This document shows, piece after piece, positions 1 to 10,149 of a DNA stretch of 64,000 bases; position 1 is the first letter of the stretch, and every line of letters starts with the position of its first letter. The DNA is from Myxococcales bacterium. GTDB taxonomy: Bacteria > Desulfobacterota > Binatia > HRBIN30. The notes under the pieces are model-generated. The model was not told the DNA's origin. It saw only the letters and a list, made by a program, of their open reading frames with translations, and did not search any database. Both the position numbers and the translations under genes were made by a program. The stretch lies in the NCBI GenBank assembly GCA_037445065.1, contig JBBILD010000020.1, forward strand, positions 1 through 64,000. Direction: 5' to 3'.

Positions 1-170
1 GGCTCCTCGAATTCGATCCCACAGGGCCGTGGCGTCGGCGTGAACGTCGGCGTCGGCTGGCGGCACTCGCAACGGTCCGGCGCGGTGAGCACGCACAGCT
101 CGCCCGCGTTCGGGCAAGCGCCCGTGCAGAAGAACACCCCCGGCTCCTCGAATTCGATCCCACAGGGCCG
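1..170. repeat. Intragenic tandem repeat, 141-bp (47-aa) period
   Basis: ggctcctcgaattcgatcccacagggccg occurs at 1-29 and 142-170. Confidence 0.9.
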
Positions 171-1505
171 AGGGGTCGGGGTGGGAGTGCGGCTCGGTGT
201 AGGCGTCCGACTCGGCGTCGGGGAAACAATAGGAGTCGGAGTGGCAGTTGGCGGTGGGCAAGGGCAGCGTCGAGCAACCAGGAGCAAGTAATCGATCGCA
301 GTATCGTCCTGCGCATAAAAATCGAAGATCCGGAACAGATCGAGCTGCGGGAGCAAGTTCGACCCGTCGGGCAGACTCGCCAAGTTCAATGCGAAGGTGT
401 GGCCAGCGGGAAAGTTTCCGGGGGACCACGGCGAAGCGAGCACGTTCGGGCAACCCGAGACGCCGCTCCCGAAACACAGCGTGGGGCCCATCCACGGAAA
501 TGGGTTCGGAGGCTTGTTGCCGACCCGGAAGCTGTCGTTGCCTGCATCGTTCGTGAGCGGCTTCGCCGCAAATGCCAGAAACGCTCGCATGAGGCACTGG
601 CCCTGAGGGAGCACCAACGTGTGGCCAAAGTGCCGATTCGGCTGGTTGCAGTCGAACGGGCACTGGGACAGGCCTTGCAGGAACTCTTGCAATCCTGGGT
701 ACTGGGAAGCGGCCTCCGGCCCGCCCGCAAATCCGTCGGCCTGGCCGCCCAGCGCCGAGACCCACTGGCACGGGCCGATCACAGCCCGGCGCGCGGCCTC
801 GACGTCGGCAGCATCGGCCAGCAGCATGACCACCCGCAGCGGTGGCAATGGTGGCGCCGGGTCGGGCGGCAAGTGCGTGAAGCAAAAACAATCGCCGCGC
901 GGGCTTTGCACGCAGCGGCCCTCGGGGGGAGCCGGACAGGTCGCCAGGCACTCCTCGCAATTCGCCCCTTGCCGTAAAAACTCGATGGGCACGGCAGCAA
1001 ACGAAGTGGGATCGAGCCCTGACCCCTCGAGCAAGGAGGGCAAAGCCGCTTGCAACTCCTCGATAGTGGTGTCCTCCCCATTCAACGCCTCAAGCCCGCT
1101 CGCAATCAAGCCAGCCTGCAGCGGGCTCACCAAGGGAAGCGGAAACACGAGTCGGTAACGCTCCGAAGCGAGCACTTCGTACGCCGGCTCTTCGGCTGGA
1201 CATCCCCCTAGTGCCAGCCCCACTGCGCCAATGATCTCGTCAATGGTAATCGCACCGTCCCCGTTCGCATCACCCGCCTCGCACTCCGCAAGTGGCGCGA
1301 CTTCGAGCGCGATGCGTACCATGCGCACGAGTTCGTCCACGGTCACTTCGCCATCGCCCCTGCAATCGCCCACACAGGCCGCCACCGACATGCGCCCCGT
1401 GAGGAGATGCAGAAAGAGCGCGGCAACACACAGCAGCGAGTGCAGCACCCGGCGCACAAACAAAAAAGAAGACACCACCTCAACACGCCTCGAACAGTTG
1501 CCCAT
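1..1505 (-). CDS. Secreted dockerin-like/Cys-rich repeat protein with Pro/Thr linkers (runs off the left edge)
   Basis: Own translation (absent from the ORF track because there is no stop in the window): ATG at 1505 with GGAGG upstream, hydrophobic leader, then CVGDCRGDGEVTVDELV...CEAGDANGDGAITIDEII. Later PTATPTP linker and repeated RPCGIEFEEP units. Confidence 0.85.
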   Translation of the reverse strand, partial: MGNCSRRVEVVSSFLFVRRVLHSLLCVAALFLHLLTGRMSVAACVGDCRGDGEVTVDELVRMVRIALEVAPLAECEAGDANGDGAITIDEIIGAVGLALGGCPAEEPAYEVLASERYRLVFPLPLVSPLQAGLIASGLEALNGEDTTIEELQAALPSLLEGSGLDPTSFAAVPIEFLRQGANCEECLATCPAPPEGRCVQSPRGDCFCFTHLPPDPAPPLPPLRVVMLLADAADVEAARRAVIGPCQWVSALGGQADGFAGGPEAASQYPGLQEFLQGLSQCPFDCNQPNRHFGHTLVLPQGQCLMRAFLAFAAKPLTNDAGNDSFRVGNKPPNPFPWMGPTLCFGSGVSGCPNVLASPWSPGNFPAGHTFALNLASLPDGSNLLPQLDLFRIFDFYAQDDTAIDYLLLVARRCPCPPPTATPTPIVSPTPSRTPTPSRTPTPTPRPCGIEFEEPGVFFCTGACPNAGELCVLTAPDRCECRQPTPTFTPTPRPCGIEFEE

Positions 1506-1719
1506 GTGGATGATCCTCCGATCAGGTCGGGCCCCGGCCTGCTCGCGATTGTATGCCGCAGCATCTGGCACACACAACCACCCAACCAACAGAATTGGCA
1601 GGACACGGTGACGTTTTTCCTTTGCAGGCGCAAGCCGCGTGTCTACCCACGGGTGCGCCTTGCCGATGGAAGGAACCGTCCGCTAGATTGCGGTCGTGCC
1701 CGCGGCCGCGGGCTGCGGG

Positions 1720-2650
1720 ATCTGAGCCGCACCGACCGAGAAGGGCGCGCACCGCGCGCACCAGTTCCGTAGCAGTGATGGCCGTGTCCGCATCCCGATC
1801 CAACGCCTAGCAGCTTGCATCTGCAGTCTCGCCTAGCACAAGCCGTGCGCCGCGCATGGGTTCGCAAACCGTCACCCGCCCGTCCCCATCACAGTCACCG
1901 CTACACAGCGGGCAGTCCCCTTGTCCGAGCGGGCCTTGCAGTGCTGCGCATGCGTCGCACAAGTTGCCGATGCCGTGACCATCGTCATCGGGCGCGCCGC
2001 ATAAAGCCAAGCGCAGTTCGAGTAGAAGTACGGGTTGCCGCCGGGCCCCAGACCGGGACGAAGCGCACGGAGGTCGCCAGCGGCAGGCCACCTTCGATGG
2101 CGACACCGAGGCGGTATTCTCGATGGCCGGAGGGGCCTCAGGTGGAAACGGAGCGGTGAGCACGGAAAAAGCCGATGAGCTGCACCAGCCCGGTAAAAGG
2201 AGCCCTTGCCGCACGACGCGATTGCGCAAGGCATCGTACGTGGCGCCGCCGCTTGTGCTCCCAGAAGCGAAGGTGGTGTTTGCCGGCACGAGGTCATCCA
2301 CGAAAAGCAGTGGGAAAAGGCTCTTGCCTGCGCAGCTCGATCGTGAAGGCGAGCCCTGCCTGCGCGCCTTAGGCCAGAGGCAGGCAAGTCGCCTGCGCAC
2401 CCTTTTGCACCGAGAGCCCGTACACTGCTTTGCCTGGCACGAACGCATAAAGGGTGGCAGACATTGCCAGTATTCGCTCCACCTGGCAGCGCCAGCAGCT
2501 CTTCCCCGACCGGCAAGTCTCGCCGTTCATTTGCCCATCGCCTCGGCCGGAGACCTCGCAGGTACGGTTGCGATGCTACGCCCCGGCCGTACAAGGGATA
2601 AACTCGAACGCGGCGATTCTTGCCGCGTGCCGAGCACACCCGGAACCACA
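1720..2650 (-). pseudogene. Decayed secreted protein (DUF11-like, TSP3-like and dockerin-like segments)
   Basis: Pieces across frames: LSVQK...FTIEL / FVDDLVPANTTFASGSTSGGATYD / DDDGHGIGNLCDAC / CSGDCDGDGRVTVCE...ASC*ALDRDADTAITATELVRAV, with an in-frame TAG at 1807-1809. Confidence 0.65.
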
Positions 2651-2764
2651 CCTGCCCGCGGAGCCGCACGTGGCTCATCCGCGTCGGGGCGTGCGTCGTG
2701 CCTGTCCGCGCTGGTCACGATTTGGAAAGCGGCGTTGGATCGAGCAGCTACGCTGCCTACCCGC

Positions 2765-3500
2765 TCACGCTGACAGCGTGACACAGTAGAGCCGAGGGTT
2801 GCCGCGCAGGCGGCAACCCTCGGAATGGGCGTTTTTAAACACACAACCCGGAAGGGGTTGCCATCCGGTCGGAACGGTTGCGCCGCGATTGGCAATTGCG
2901 CTCCCGTTCGGGGCAAGGCGCAACGTCGTATCACGCCCGACGGCATCGCCACCGCCTCGTTGCATCCGCGCTGCGCAACCTTTCCGCCGTTGTTCCTGCT
3001 GGCGTGGGGCCGACGTAAATCGGATGCAGCGTTTAGGGTCGTCTTGCCGGGGCAACCCTTCGAGGGTCGCGCGCGCGCATCGGGGCAGGACGGGGTGGGC
3101 GTTGCGGAGCGTAACCCCTGCACGTTTGCGCTGCGGTCTTGGGGAGGCGCCGATTCCTTGGGTTGGCGCTGTGCGCCAACCCAAGGCTGCATTGCGCAAC
3201 GCCTTCAGCGTTCCGCGGTGGAGGGAGCGGCGTACATGTTCCACGGCGGCGTGACGGCGGAAGCACGCCGCCCGGATTCCGTCGCGGCACCACCGCGTGC
3301 ACGACCGCAACGCCGTACCCCAGCCACCGCGGGCGGCCACAAGGGCCGCCCCTACACCGTGCAGGCCACAGCCGTGCCCGCACGGTCACGCACGCCACCA
3401 CCGAGACATTGTAGGGGCAGGCCTTGTGCCTACCCGTGCCGAAGTTACGGCGCGCAACCGAATCGCACCACGGGCGGCCACGAGGGCCGTTCCTACAGGT
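2765..3500. repeat. REP/REPIN-like palindrome cluster A
   Basis: Hairpins ccgagggttgccgcgcaggcggcaaccctcgg (2792-2823), gggttggcgctgtgcgccaaccc (3160-3182), gggcggccacaagggccgcccCTAC (3331-3355). Inverted pair GTAGgggcaggccttgtg... / ...gggccgttcCTAC (3411-3496). Confidence 0.75.
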
Positions 3501-3842
3501 CTTGGAGACGGAGCCGTGCTGGGCCGTCCGGTGTTGCTAGTGGGGCCGGGCACGAGTGGCCGGATTAAAAGCCGCGCGCCCTGCGCGGGTCACTTTGGCT
3601 GGAGGCCCATCGAGCCGGGGGATCGTCAGCCCTCCTGCATTTGCCCGGTTAGAGGGTAGGCCGTAGGGCGGCAGCGGTCATTGCAACCCCCAGCAAGACA
3701 CGGCATGAGAGCTGGCGACCGAAACGAGTGAAGCGAGGCAAGCTGGAACCGAGAGCGGACAACACCCGCACTCGCAGCGCATGTCCTCGAGGAGACGAAA
3801 TCACCGGTGATGCCAGACCGGCGGTGAGGGAAGGAGGTTGCC

Positions 3843-4688
3843 ATGACGTGGAATGAGCCAACGCGCAGGGAGACTCGGGAACGGAGCAGGCCAACCGGAC
3901 TCGGGATCATCATCGGTGGTGTGCTGGCCGTGGTGCTGCTGTTCTTCGCCAACCCGATCACCGTAATTCCAGCCGGGCATGTCGGGGTCAAAGACTTTTT
4001 CGGCATCGTATCGCCCACGGTTTTGCCTCCGGGCGTACGGCTCGTGATGCCCTTCACCCGCGTGATCAAGCTGTCGGTGCGCACGCAGGAGATGAAAGAA
4101 GTCGCCGATGTCCCCTCGCGCGAAGGGCTGATCATGAACCAGGAGGTCTCCTTGCTCTACCGACTCGATGCTGCCCGTGCCCCCGAGGTGTACAAGACCA
4201 TCGGTACCAATTACTCCGAAGTGGTCGTCGAACCGACGTTTCGCTCTGCCATTCGCGAAGTCACCGCGTCCTACGAGGCCAAAGCTTTGTACTCTGCCGA
4301 GCGCGAGCGGATTGCCGCGGAGATTTTTCAACTTTTCCGCAAGCTCACTGCCGAGCGCGGCATCATTGCCGAGCAGGTCTTACTGCGCAAAATCGGCCTG
4401 CCGCCAGTGGTGGCGAACGCCATCCAAGAAAAGCTGCGGAGAGAGCAGGAAGCCGAGCAGATGAAGTTCGTCCTCTTGAAGGAGCAACAAGAAGCCGAAC
4501 GTAAGCGCATCGAAGCCAAAGGAATTGCGGACTTCCAGCAAATCGTGTCGCAAGGCATCTCTCCGCAACTGCTCGAGTGGAAAGGGATCGAGGCCACCGA
4601 GAAGCTGGCGAACAGCCAAAACGCCAAGATCGTCATCATCGGAAATCCGAAAACTGGCTTGCCCGTGATTCTCAGCACCGAGCGCTGA
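3843..4688 (+). CDS. SPFH/prohibitin (band 7) family membrane protein
   Basis: AAGGAGG RBS, N-terminal TM helix, VIPAGHVGV motif, coiled region EQQEAERKRIEAKGIADFQ. Confidence 0.93.
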   Translation: MTWNEPTRRETRERSRPTGLGIIIGGVLAVVLLFFANPITVIPAGHVGVKDFFGIVSPTVLPPGVRLVMPFTRVIKLSVRTQEMKEVADVPSREGLIMNQEVSLLYRLDAARAPEVYKTIGTNYSEVVVEPTFRSAIREVTASYEAKALYSAERERIAAEIFQLFRKLTAERGIIAEQVLLRKIGLPPVVANAIQEKLRREQEAEQMKFVLLKEQQEAERKRIEAKGIADFQQIVSQGISPQLLEWKGIEATEKLANSQNAKIVIIGNPKTGLPVILSTER

Positions 4689-5131
4689 GCAGCACGGACG
4701 CTACAAGGACGGAGCTTCCAAAAGGGCTCACCTCCAGCCTCAACACCGGCAGGCGTTCCCTGTTCGCAAAGGCCGCCGGCGTCTATGTGACTCGCTAGCG
4801 ACGAGCGGCATTGCCCCGCGCACGTCCAGCGGAGGCAACAATCACTTAGAGCGATGGCCAAGGGCTCCGTGCGCGCAGCCCTCCCCAAGGGCAGGCGCCA
4901 ACGTTGGCAAGTGTTCGCGTAGCCTTGACGGCGTAGCCCCAGTTGTGATGTATGCGCAGCACCCCGTTTCGGGGCAAGGGTAAGGATGCATACCTTCGGT
5001 CGTTCTATTGAGCGTGGTGGATTTGAGTGCGGCGCTGGGCACGGTCCAGCGGTTTGCGCGTCTGAAGAAGGAAAGAGCGCTACACCCAAGACCCATCACC
5101 CTAACGAAATCAGGCAAGCGAGACCGCTCGT

Positions 5132-8059
5132 ATGGATAAAAACATCGCTCAGCTGAAACTCGCGGCATGGCTGCACGATCCGCCGGAGAAGGCGCTGATC
5201 CTGTTTCGTACTCGCCGTGGCCATGAGGGGGGAACGGTAAAGACGTTACTCGAAGAAGCCCTCGGTTCGGCGGAAGTGCCCGACGTCGTCCGCACGGCCG
5301 ACCGCATCGCAGCCGCTGCTGATCGGCCGGACCGCCCTCGCCCTCCGGGCACGCATCCGAGCCTCTGGGAGCGAATCTACTTTCCAAAAGAGCCCGTTCT
5401 GATTCACCCGCTCTCAGGCGAGCAATACAAACTGTCGCCGCTCACCGAGTTGCACCCCGAAGCGCTGGAAGCGTTTGCCACCCAGCGCTTGCGGGAGCTC
5501 GTACGCGGCGCGGCAGAGGCTCCCGAGCGCGCGTTTTTGCGCCTATGGAGGCTCGCACCCGAGGTTCCCGATGCGCCGGACATCCAGTTTTTCTGGCGCC
5601 TACTGCCTGCCGATACACGCGTGCCGGATCATTCCATTTGGGAACACCTGTCGCTGGCCTCGGCGATCGCTGGGGCGCTGGCACACGAAGAGAAGCTCGG
5701 CCTGCTGGGCGTTGCCATCGGCCCCGTACAACCGTTCTTGCAACAAGGCCGCAGCACGCACGATTTGTGGGCGGGCTCGCACCTGCTGTCCGCGTTCACC
5801 TGGGAAGCAATGCGTCCGGTAGTCGAGGAGTTGGGGCCCGACGCGATCATTCTGCCCAGTCTGCGCGGGAATCCGTTCTGCGACGCGTGGCTCGTGCAAC
5901 GTGGCATAGTTGAACTGGCAGAACTCCGAACATACGAGCCGGGTTGGCAGCGCACCTCTGACGCGCACCCGCTGTGCGCCGCGTCGTTACCGAACCGCTT
6001 TCTGGCGGTCGTGCCTTTGTCCAGAGCCGGAAGTCTCGCGGAGGCCAGTGTTCGCTCGGTACGCGAGGCCGCTCTCGACTGGGCAAAAAAGGCGTGGGAG
6101 AAAATCCGCGAGTTAGCGCAGTTTGCGATTGCGCACGCCGACTTTGCCGCCTCACAACAAATCCCCGCGCAACTCCAGGGCTTTCCCGAAGTGCATTGGG
6201 CTTGGGCGGAGTGGCCCACTGCGATCGGAGAGGCACAAGTCGCGAAGACCAAAAGCGCCCTGGCCACCTTCGAGGCGGAGCAAAGCTTTTTCGATTCGCA
6301 AGCCTGGCGGCTTCTCTCCAAGGAAATCTCTGTGGCTGGAGCCTCGTTCTGGCAGCCAAATGCTGGGGTGCTGTATCCCGCCGTCTTCGATCTCGCTGAG
6401 CGCGCCCTGGCAGCGAGCAAAGCGACCCGTACCTTCGAGCAACTCAGCCAGCGCGGCTATCGCTGCAGCGTGTGCGGCGAGCGGGAGTGGCTCGCCGCCA
6501 GCGAAGGGGCGCTCGAGCTTCCCCGCGGGACGGCGCATCCCAGCGACCCGTGGCCGGCTGTCGCCAAGAGCCGCCCGGCCTGGGCGCGCGGCACCGAACA
6601 TTTGTGCGCGGTGTGCACGCTCAAGCGGCTGTGGCCAGCGGTCTTTTTCGAGCGGATCCGCGAGACCCTCGAAAGCACCGACTTGCAACGATTTGCGGTT
6701 TCGACACACACGATGGCCTCCGTGCCGGTCCTGCGCCGACTCGAAACGCTCGACGATGATGCGGCGCGCCGCATCGAACAAGCGGTGGCAGAACTCGAGC
6801 CGTCCGGCTCCGAGGCGGTGCGCTGGGTGGCTTTGCCGAGAGCGCTTGCCTCGGGAAAGCGCGCAGCACTGGGCCGCCGCTTGATCGCGGCGCAGGAGAG
6901 CCTGGACGATCGAGAGAGCCGCGGCGAGGACACGACGGTCCAGCGACACCAATTGGAGACCGTTTGCCGAACAGTGTTCGGTGTGCGCTTCGAAACGTAC
7001 TATGCCCTTCTGCTGCTCGACGGCGATCGAATGGGTGCTTGGCTCGCCGGAGAGAACCGCCCTAAATACGAACAACTGTGGCACCCGTCCGTGCGCAACA
7101 CGGTCCGCGATCAGTTCGCCTCGGAGGAAGCGATCCTTTCCTATTTAAACATGCGTGCACCCGCTTCACCCGCCTACCACACCGCGTTGTCCCGTGGGAT
7201 GGGAGATGTCGCTGTGCACGTCGTTCCTTTCGTGATCGAGGAGCTTTGCTACGGAAAGCTGCTTTACTCCGGGGGGGACGATGTGCTCGCCTTGCTGCCG
7301 GTAAGCGAACTCGTGCCCGCCATGGCTCTGCTGCGGGCGGTGTGGAGCGGGAAGTTGCCTTTGGCGGAGGAAAAATTGGGATGGCTCTTGCGCAGCCGCG
7401 AACGCCTCGGAGACTTTCAACTGGGAGGTGGGCATGTCGCCCTTGGCAGCGGCAAATTCACGCGCTTATTCCGGACTCTAGGAGAAAAGGCCAGTTGCTC
7501 CATTGGCGCCGTTGTCGCCCATCACACCGCCCCCTTGACTTCCGTTTTGCGCCAACTGCGAGCGGCAGAGCAAGGCGCTAAGCGCGCTGGCGGAAACAGC
7601 TTTTGCATCGTCCTCGACAAGCGGAGTGGGGACACGAGCGAACTCGTCGGAAGGTTTTCCCCAGCAAGTAATGATCCCCTGCAACGCACCACCCTCGGCG
7701 TCCTCTTACGCTTGCAGCACCTGTTCGAAAGAAAGGTATCGCGGCGCGGTGCCTACCTGTGCGCCGCCTGGCTTGCAGATCTGGCCGAGCACCCAGCACC
7801 CGCAGACATGCTCGCTGCCCTGATCGCATACCAACTCAAACGGGCGCTGCGTCCAGGCGAAGCCGCCGATTGGGTCGATGCCTTGGCACAAGACGTGGCG
7901 GCCGTTGCTCAGAAAGAGTGCCCTTCGGACCCTGCCGGCTGGCTCACGTGCCTGATCCAGCATGCGGAGTTCCTCGCCCGCCCGGAGCGCGTGGCGCGGC
8001 GGCGGGAACGAGGCAGCAAGGGGCGTGAGAACGTCGAGGCGGAGGAAGCGCGACCATGA
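5132..8059 (+). CDS. cas10: Type III-B CRISPR large subunit Cas10/Cmr2
   Basis: N-terminal LHDPPEK, LPADTRVPDHSIWEHL, IGPVQPFLQQGRSTHDLWAGSHLLS, Zn-finger CSVC/CAVC, palm motifs LDGDRMG and YSGGDD. Confidence 0.97.
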   Translation: MDKNIAQLKLAAWLHDPPEKALILFRTRRGHEGGTVKTLLEEALGSAEVPDVVRTADRIAAAADRPDRPRPPGTHPSLWERIYFPKEPVLIHPLSGEQYKLSPLTELHPEALEAFATQRLRELVRGAAEAPERAFLRLWRLAPEVPDAPDIQFFWRLLPADTRVPDHSIWEHLSLASAIAGALAHEEKLGLLGVAIGPVQPFLQQGRSTHDLWAGSHLLSAFTWEAMRPVVEELGPDAIILPSLRGNPFCDAWLVQRGIVELAELRTYEPGWQRTSDAHPLCAASLPNRFLAVVPLSRAGSLAEASVRSVREAALDWAKKAWEKIRELAQFAIAHADFAASQQIPAQLQGFPEVHWAWAEWPTAIGEAQVAKTKSALATFEAEQSFFDSQAWRLLSKEISVAGASFWQPNAGVLYPAVFDLAERALAASKATRTFEQLSQRGYRCSVCGEREWLAASEGALELPRGTAHPSDPWPAVAKSRPAWARGTEHLCAVCTLKRLWPAVFFERIRETLESTDLQRFAVSTHTMASVPVLRRLETLDDDAARRIEQAVAELEPSGSEAVRWVALPRALASGKRAALGRRLIAAQESLDDRESRGEDTTVQRHQLETVCRTVFGVRFETYYALLLLDGDRMGAWLAGENRPKYEQLWHPSVRNTVRDQFASEEAILSYLNMRAPASPAYHTALSRGMGDVAVHVVPFVIEELCYGKLLYSGGDDVLALLPVSELVPAMALLRAVWSGKLPLAEEKLGWLLRSRERLGDFQLGGGHVALGSGKFTRLFRTLGEKASCSIGAVVAHHTAPLTSVLRQLRAAEQGAKRAGGNSFCIVLDKRSGDTSELVGRFSPASNDPLQRTTLGVLLRLQHLFERKVSRRGAYLCAAWLADLAEHPAPADMLAALIAYQLKRALRPGEAADWVDALAQDVAAVAQKECPSDPAGWLTCLIQHAEFLARPERVARRRERGSKGRENVEAEEARP

Positions 8060-9183
8060 CCCCGCTTGATTTACGTGTCGTGAAGCCGCTCGACGTGCTG
8101 CACGTGCGCGGCAACCGCCTGTTCGAGGGCATGGGTGACGGGACCGCGGTCATGCCGCCTTGGCCGTCGCTGTTCGCCGGAGCGTTTCGCGCCCGAATGC
8201 TGACCGACGCCCAAGCGGAGCAGGATTATGTGGCAGGCACGATCCAGCCGCCTCTCTCGCTGGCGCTCGGTGAGAACTATCAAAGCAGAGACAAAGGCAG
8301 CTTTCGCGTCGCCTTCGCGTGCTTGATCAAGGGCCAAGAAGTCCTCGCACCCCTGCCTTCCGACGTCATCGTGTACGGAGATTCCGGCGGCCAACTCCGC
8401 GTTCGCCGGCTGCAGCCACGAAACCTGCCGGATGGGGTGGGTTCGAGCCACGCGGGAAGTGGACTTTCGCAGCTACCGGTCGTGGGTGAACGCTCGAAGC
8501 CAGCGGCCGGGCCGTGGTTTCTCACTGCTCAGGGCATCGCCCGTTGGCAGCAGGGCGAGACGCCCCTTGCCTCGGACCTCGTGCATGCAAGCGAACTCTG
8601 GCAGCATGACCCTCGCTTCGGCATCGCCCGTGATCGAGTGCGGGCTACCGTTCGTACGGGACTTTTGTACACGGCACGCGCCGTTTCGCTCGCACCGAGC
8701 GTGGCTTTTCTAGTCGGCATTCGCGGCGGCCATGGCTGCGTGCCCACAGGCGGGCTCCTGCGGCTGGGCGGGGATGGCCGCGGCGCCACTGTGAGCGAAC
8801 CGCACGGGGCGTTCCGAGACCCACCCTGGCAGCGCGTGCCGCGCAGCGACCGATTCACCGTTTGGCTCCTTTCGCCAGGGGCTTTCGCGGACGGATGGCG
8901 ACTCCCCGGATGCGATGCCACGGGAATTTGGCGCGTGGGCAAACTCGAAGCGCGGGTGGTTTGCGCCACCGTGCCGAGGCACGAGGTGGTAAGCGGGTGG
9001 GACCTCGCCCGACGCGCGCCAAAGCCTGCGCTACGCGTCGTACCACCCGGGGCCGTGTACTGGCTCGAGCGCATTTCCGGATCACTAGAAGAGCTCGAAT
9101 CGGTGCTCGAGCTCGGCGTGGGCAGTGCCGACCCGAGTCGCCGTGCGGAAGGCTTTGGCGCGGTCTGGTTTGGAGAGTGGTGA
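8056..9183 (+). CDS. cmr3: Type III-B RAMP Cmr3 (Cas5 group)
   Basis: PLDVLHVRGNRLF, PPWPSLFAGA, LRLGGDGR, SGWDLARRAPKP, VPPGAVYW, EGFG. ATGA overlap with cas10. Confidence 0.95.
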   Translation: MTPLDLRVVKPLDVLHVRGNRLFEGMGDGTAVMPPWPSLFAGAFRARMLTDAQAEQDYVAGTIQPPLSLALGENYQSRDKGSFRVAFACLIKGQEVLAPLPSDVIVYGDSGGQLRVRRLQPRNLPDGVGSSHAGSGLSQLPVVGERSKPAAGPWFLTAQGIARWQQGETPLASDLVHASELWQHDPRFGIARDRVRATVRTGLLYTARAVSLAPSVAFLVGIRGGHGCVPTGGLLRLGGDGRGATVSEPHGAFRDPPWQRVPRSDRFTVWLLSPGAFADGWRLPGCDATGIWRVGKLEARVVCATVPRHEVVSGWDLARRAPKPALRVVPPGAVYWLERISGSLEELESVLELGVGSADPSRRAEGFGAVWFGEW

Positions 9184-9239
9184 GAAACCGCAAGAACTGG
9201 GACCATCGGGGATGAAACGATTGCCAGTAGGAGGGAGGC

Positions 9240-10133
9240 ATGTTTGAGGCGAAGACGGTGATGATGCTCTATGCCGTGAGTCCAGTGCACATGGGTTCGG
9301 GCACTGCGATCGGCGCTATTGATAACCCGATCCAACGCGAGCGCCACACCGAGCACCCGATGCTCGCCGGCAGCGGGCTCAAGGGCGCTCTGCGGGATGC
9401 TTGGCCGCAGGATACGGACACGGACACGGTGTTTGGACCCGAGCCTGAGAAAGGGTCTGAGCACGCTGGGGCACTGTCAGTTGGAGACGCGCAAGTGGTG
9501 TTGTTCCCCGCGCGCAGCTTACGCGAGTCTTACGTCTACGCCACCTGCCCCACGGCACTCGCTCGCTTTGCACGCATGCTGGACATCGCTGGTGTCGGCA
9601 AGAGTATTCCTCCTATCCCCTCGCCGCCCGACGACGAGACGATGCAGTTGCCCTCGGATGGCGTAAAGCAACTGCGCAGCGCACAAACGCAGCGCGTCGT
9701 GCTCGAAACTTTCGCCTTCTCGCCGCAAGAATCGCAGGAGGCCGCAAGCTGGGGCAAATTTCTTGCCGGACGTCTGCACGACAACGTCGGCGCTGCTTTT
9801 AAGAAAAAGATCGAACGCCATCTCGCCGTGCTTTCTGACACTCGCTTCGGCTACTTCGTGCGCAACGCAACCCTAGTCGAACCACACGTGAGGATCGACG
9901 ATGAAACCGGCACGGCGGACGACGGCGGGCTGTTCTATACGGAGAACGTTCCGCCAGAAACCCTGTTCGCGAGCTTGGTCCTAGCCAGCCGCTCGCGCAA
10001 ACCAAACTCAGAGAACACTTCTGCGGCCGAAGTGCTCAGCAAAGTGCGCGAGCAATTCGAGGGCAAACCTGTGCAAATCGGTGGAGATGCCACCGTGGGC
10101 CGCGGTCTGGTGGTGGTGAGTTTTGCCGGCTGA
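9240..10133 (+). CDS. cmr4: Type III-B RAMP Cmr4 (Cas7 group, RNA cleavage)
   Basis: SPVHMGSG, IDNPIQRERHT with the catalytic Asp, GSGLKGALR, Gly-rich loop QIGGDATVGRG. Confidence 0.97.
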   Translation: MFEAKTVMMLYAVSPVHMGSGTAIGAIDNPIQRERHTEHPMLAGSGLKGALRDAWPQDTDTDTVFGPEPEKGSEHAGALSVGDAQVVLFPARSLRESYVYATCPTALARFARMLDIAGVGKSIPPIPSPPDDETMQLPSDGVKQLRSAQTQRVVLETFAFSPQESQEAASWGKFLAGRLHDNVGAAFKKKIERHLAVLSDTRFGYFVRNATLVEPHVRIDDETGTADDGGLFYTENVPPETLFASLVLASRSRKPNSENTSAAEVLSKVREQFEGKPVQIGGDATVGRGLVVVSFAG

Positions 10134-10149
10134 TTCGCGGAGGTGCGAC

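Noticed and set aside
2765..3500. Repeats upstream of the Cmr locus as a CRISPR array
   Set aside because: The units are inverted, degenerate and irregularly spaced, and they recur elsewhere in the window. This fits REPs, not direct repeats with unique spacers.
9184..9239. ggggatgaaac between cmr3 and cmr4 resembling a CRISPR repeat 3' end
   Set aside because: Single copy with no convincing hairpin or partner repeat.
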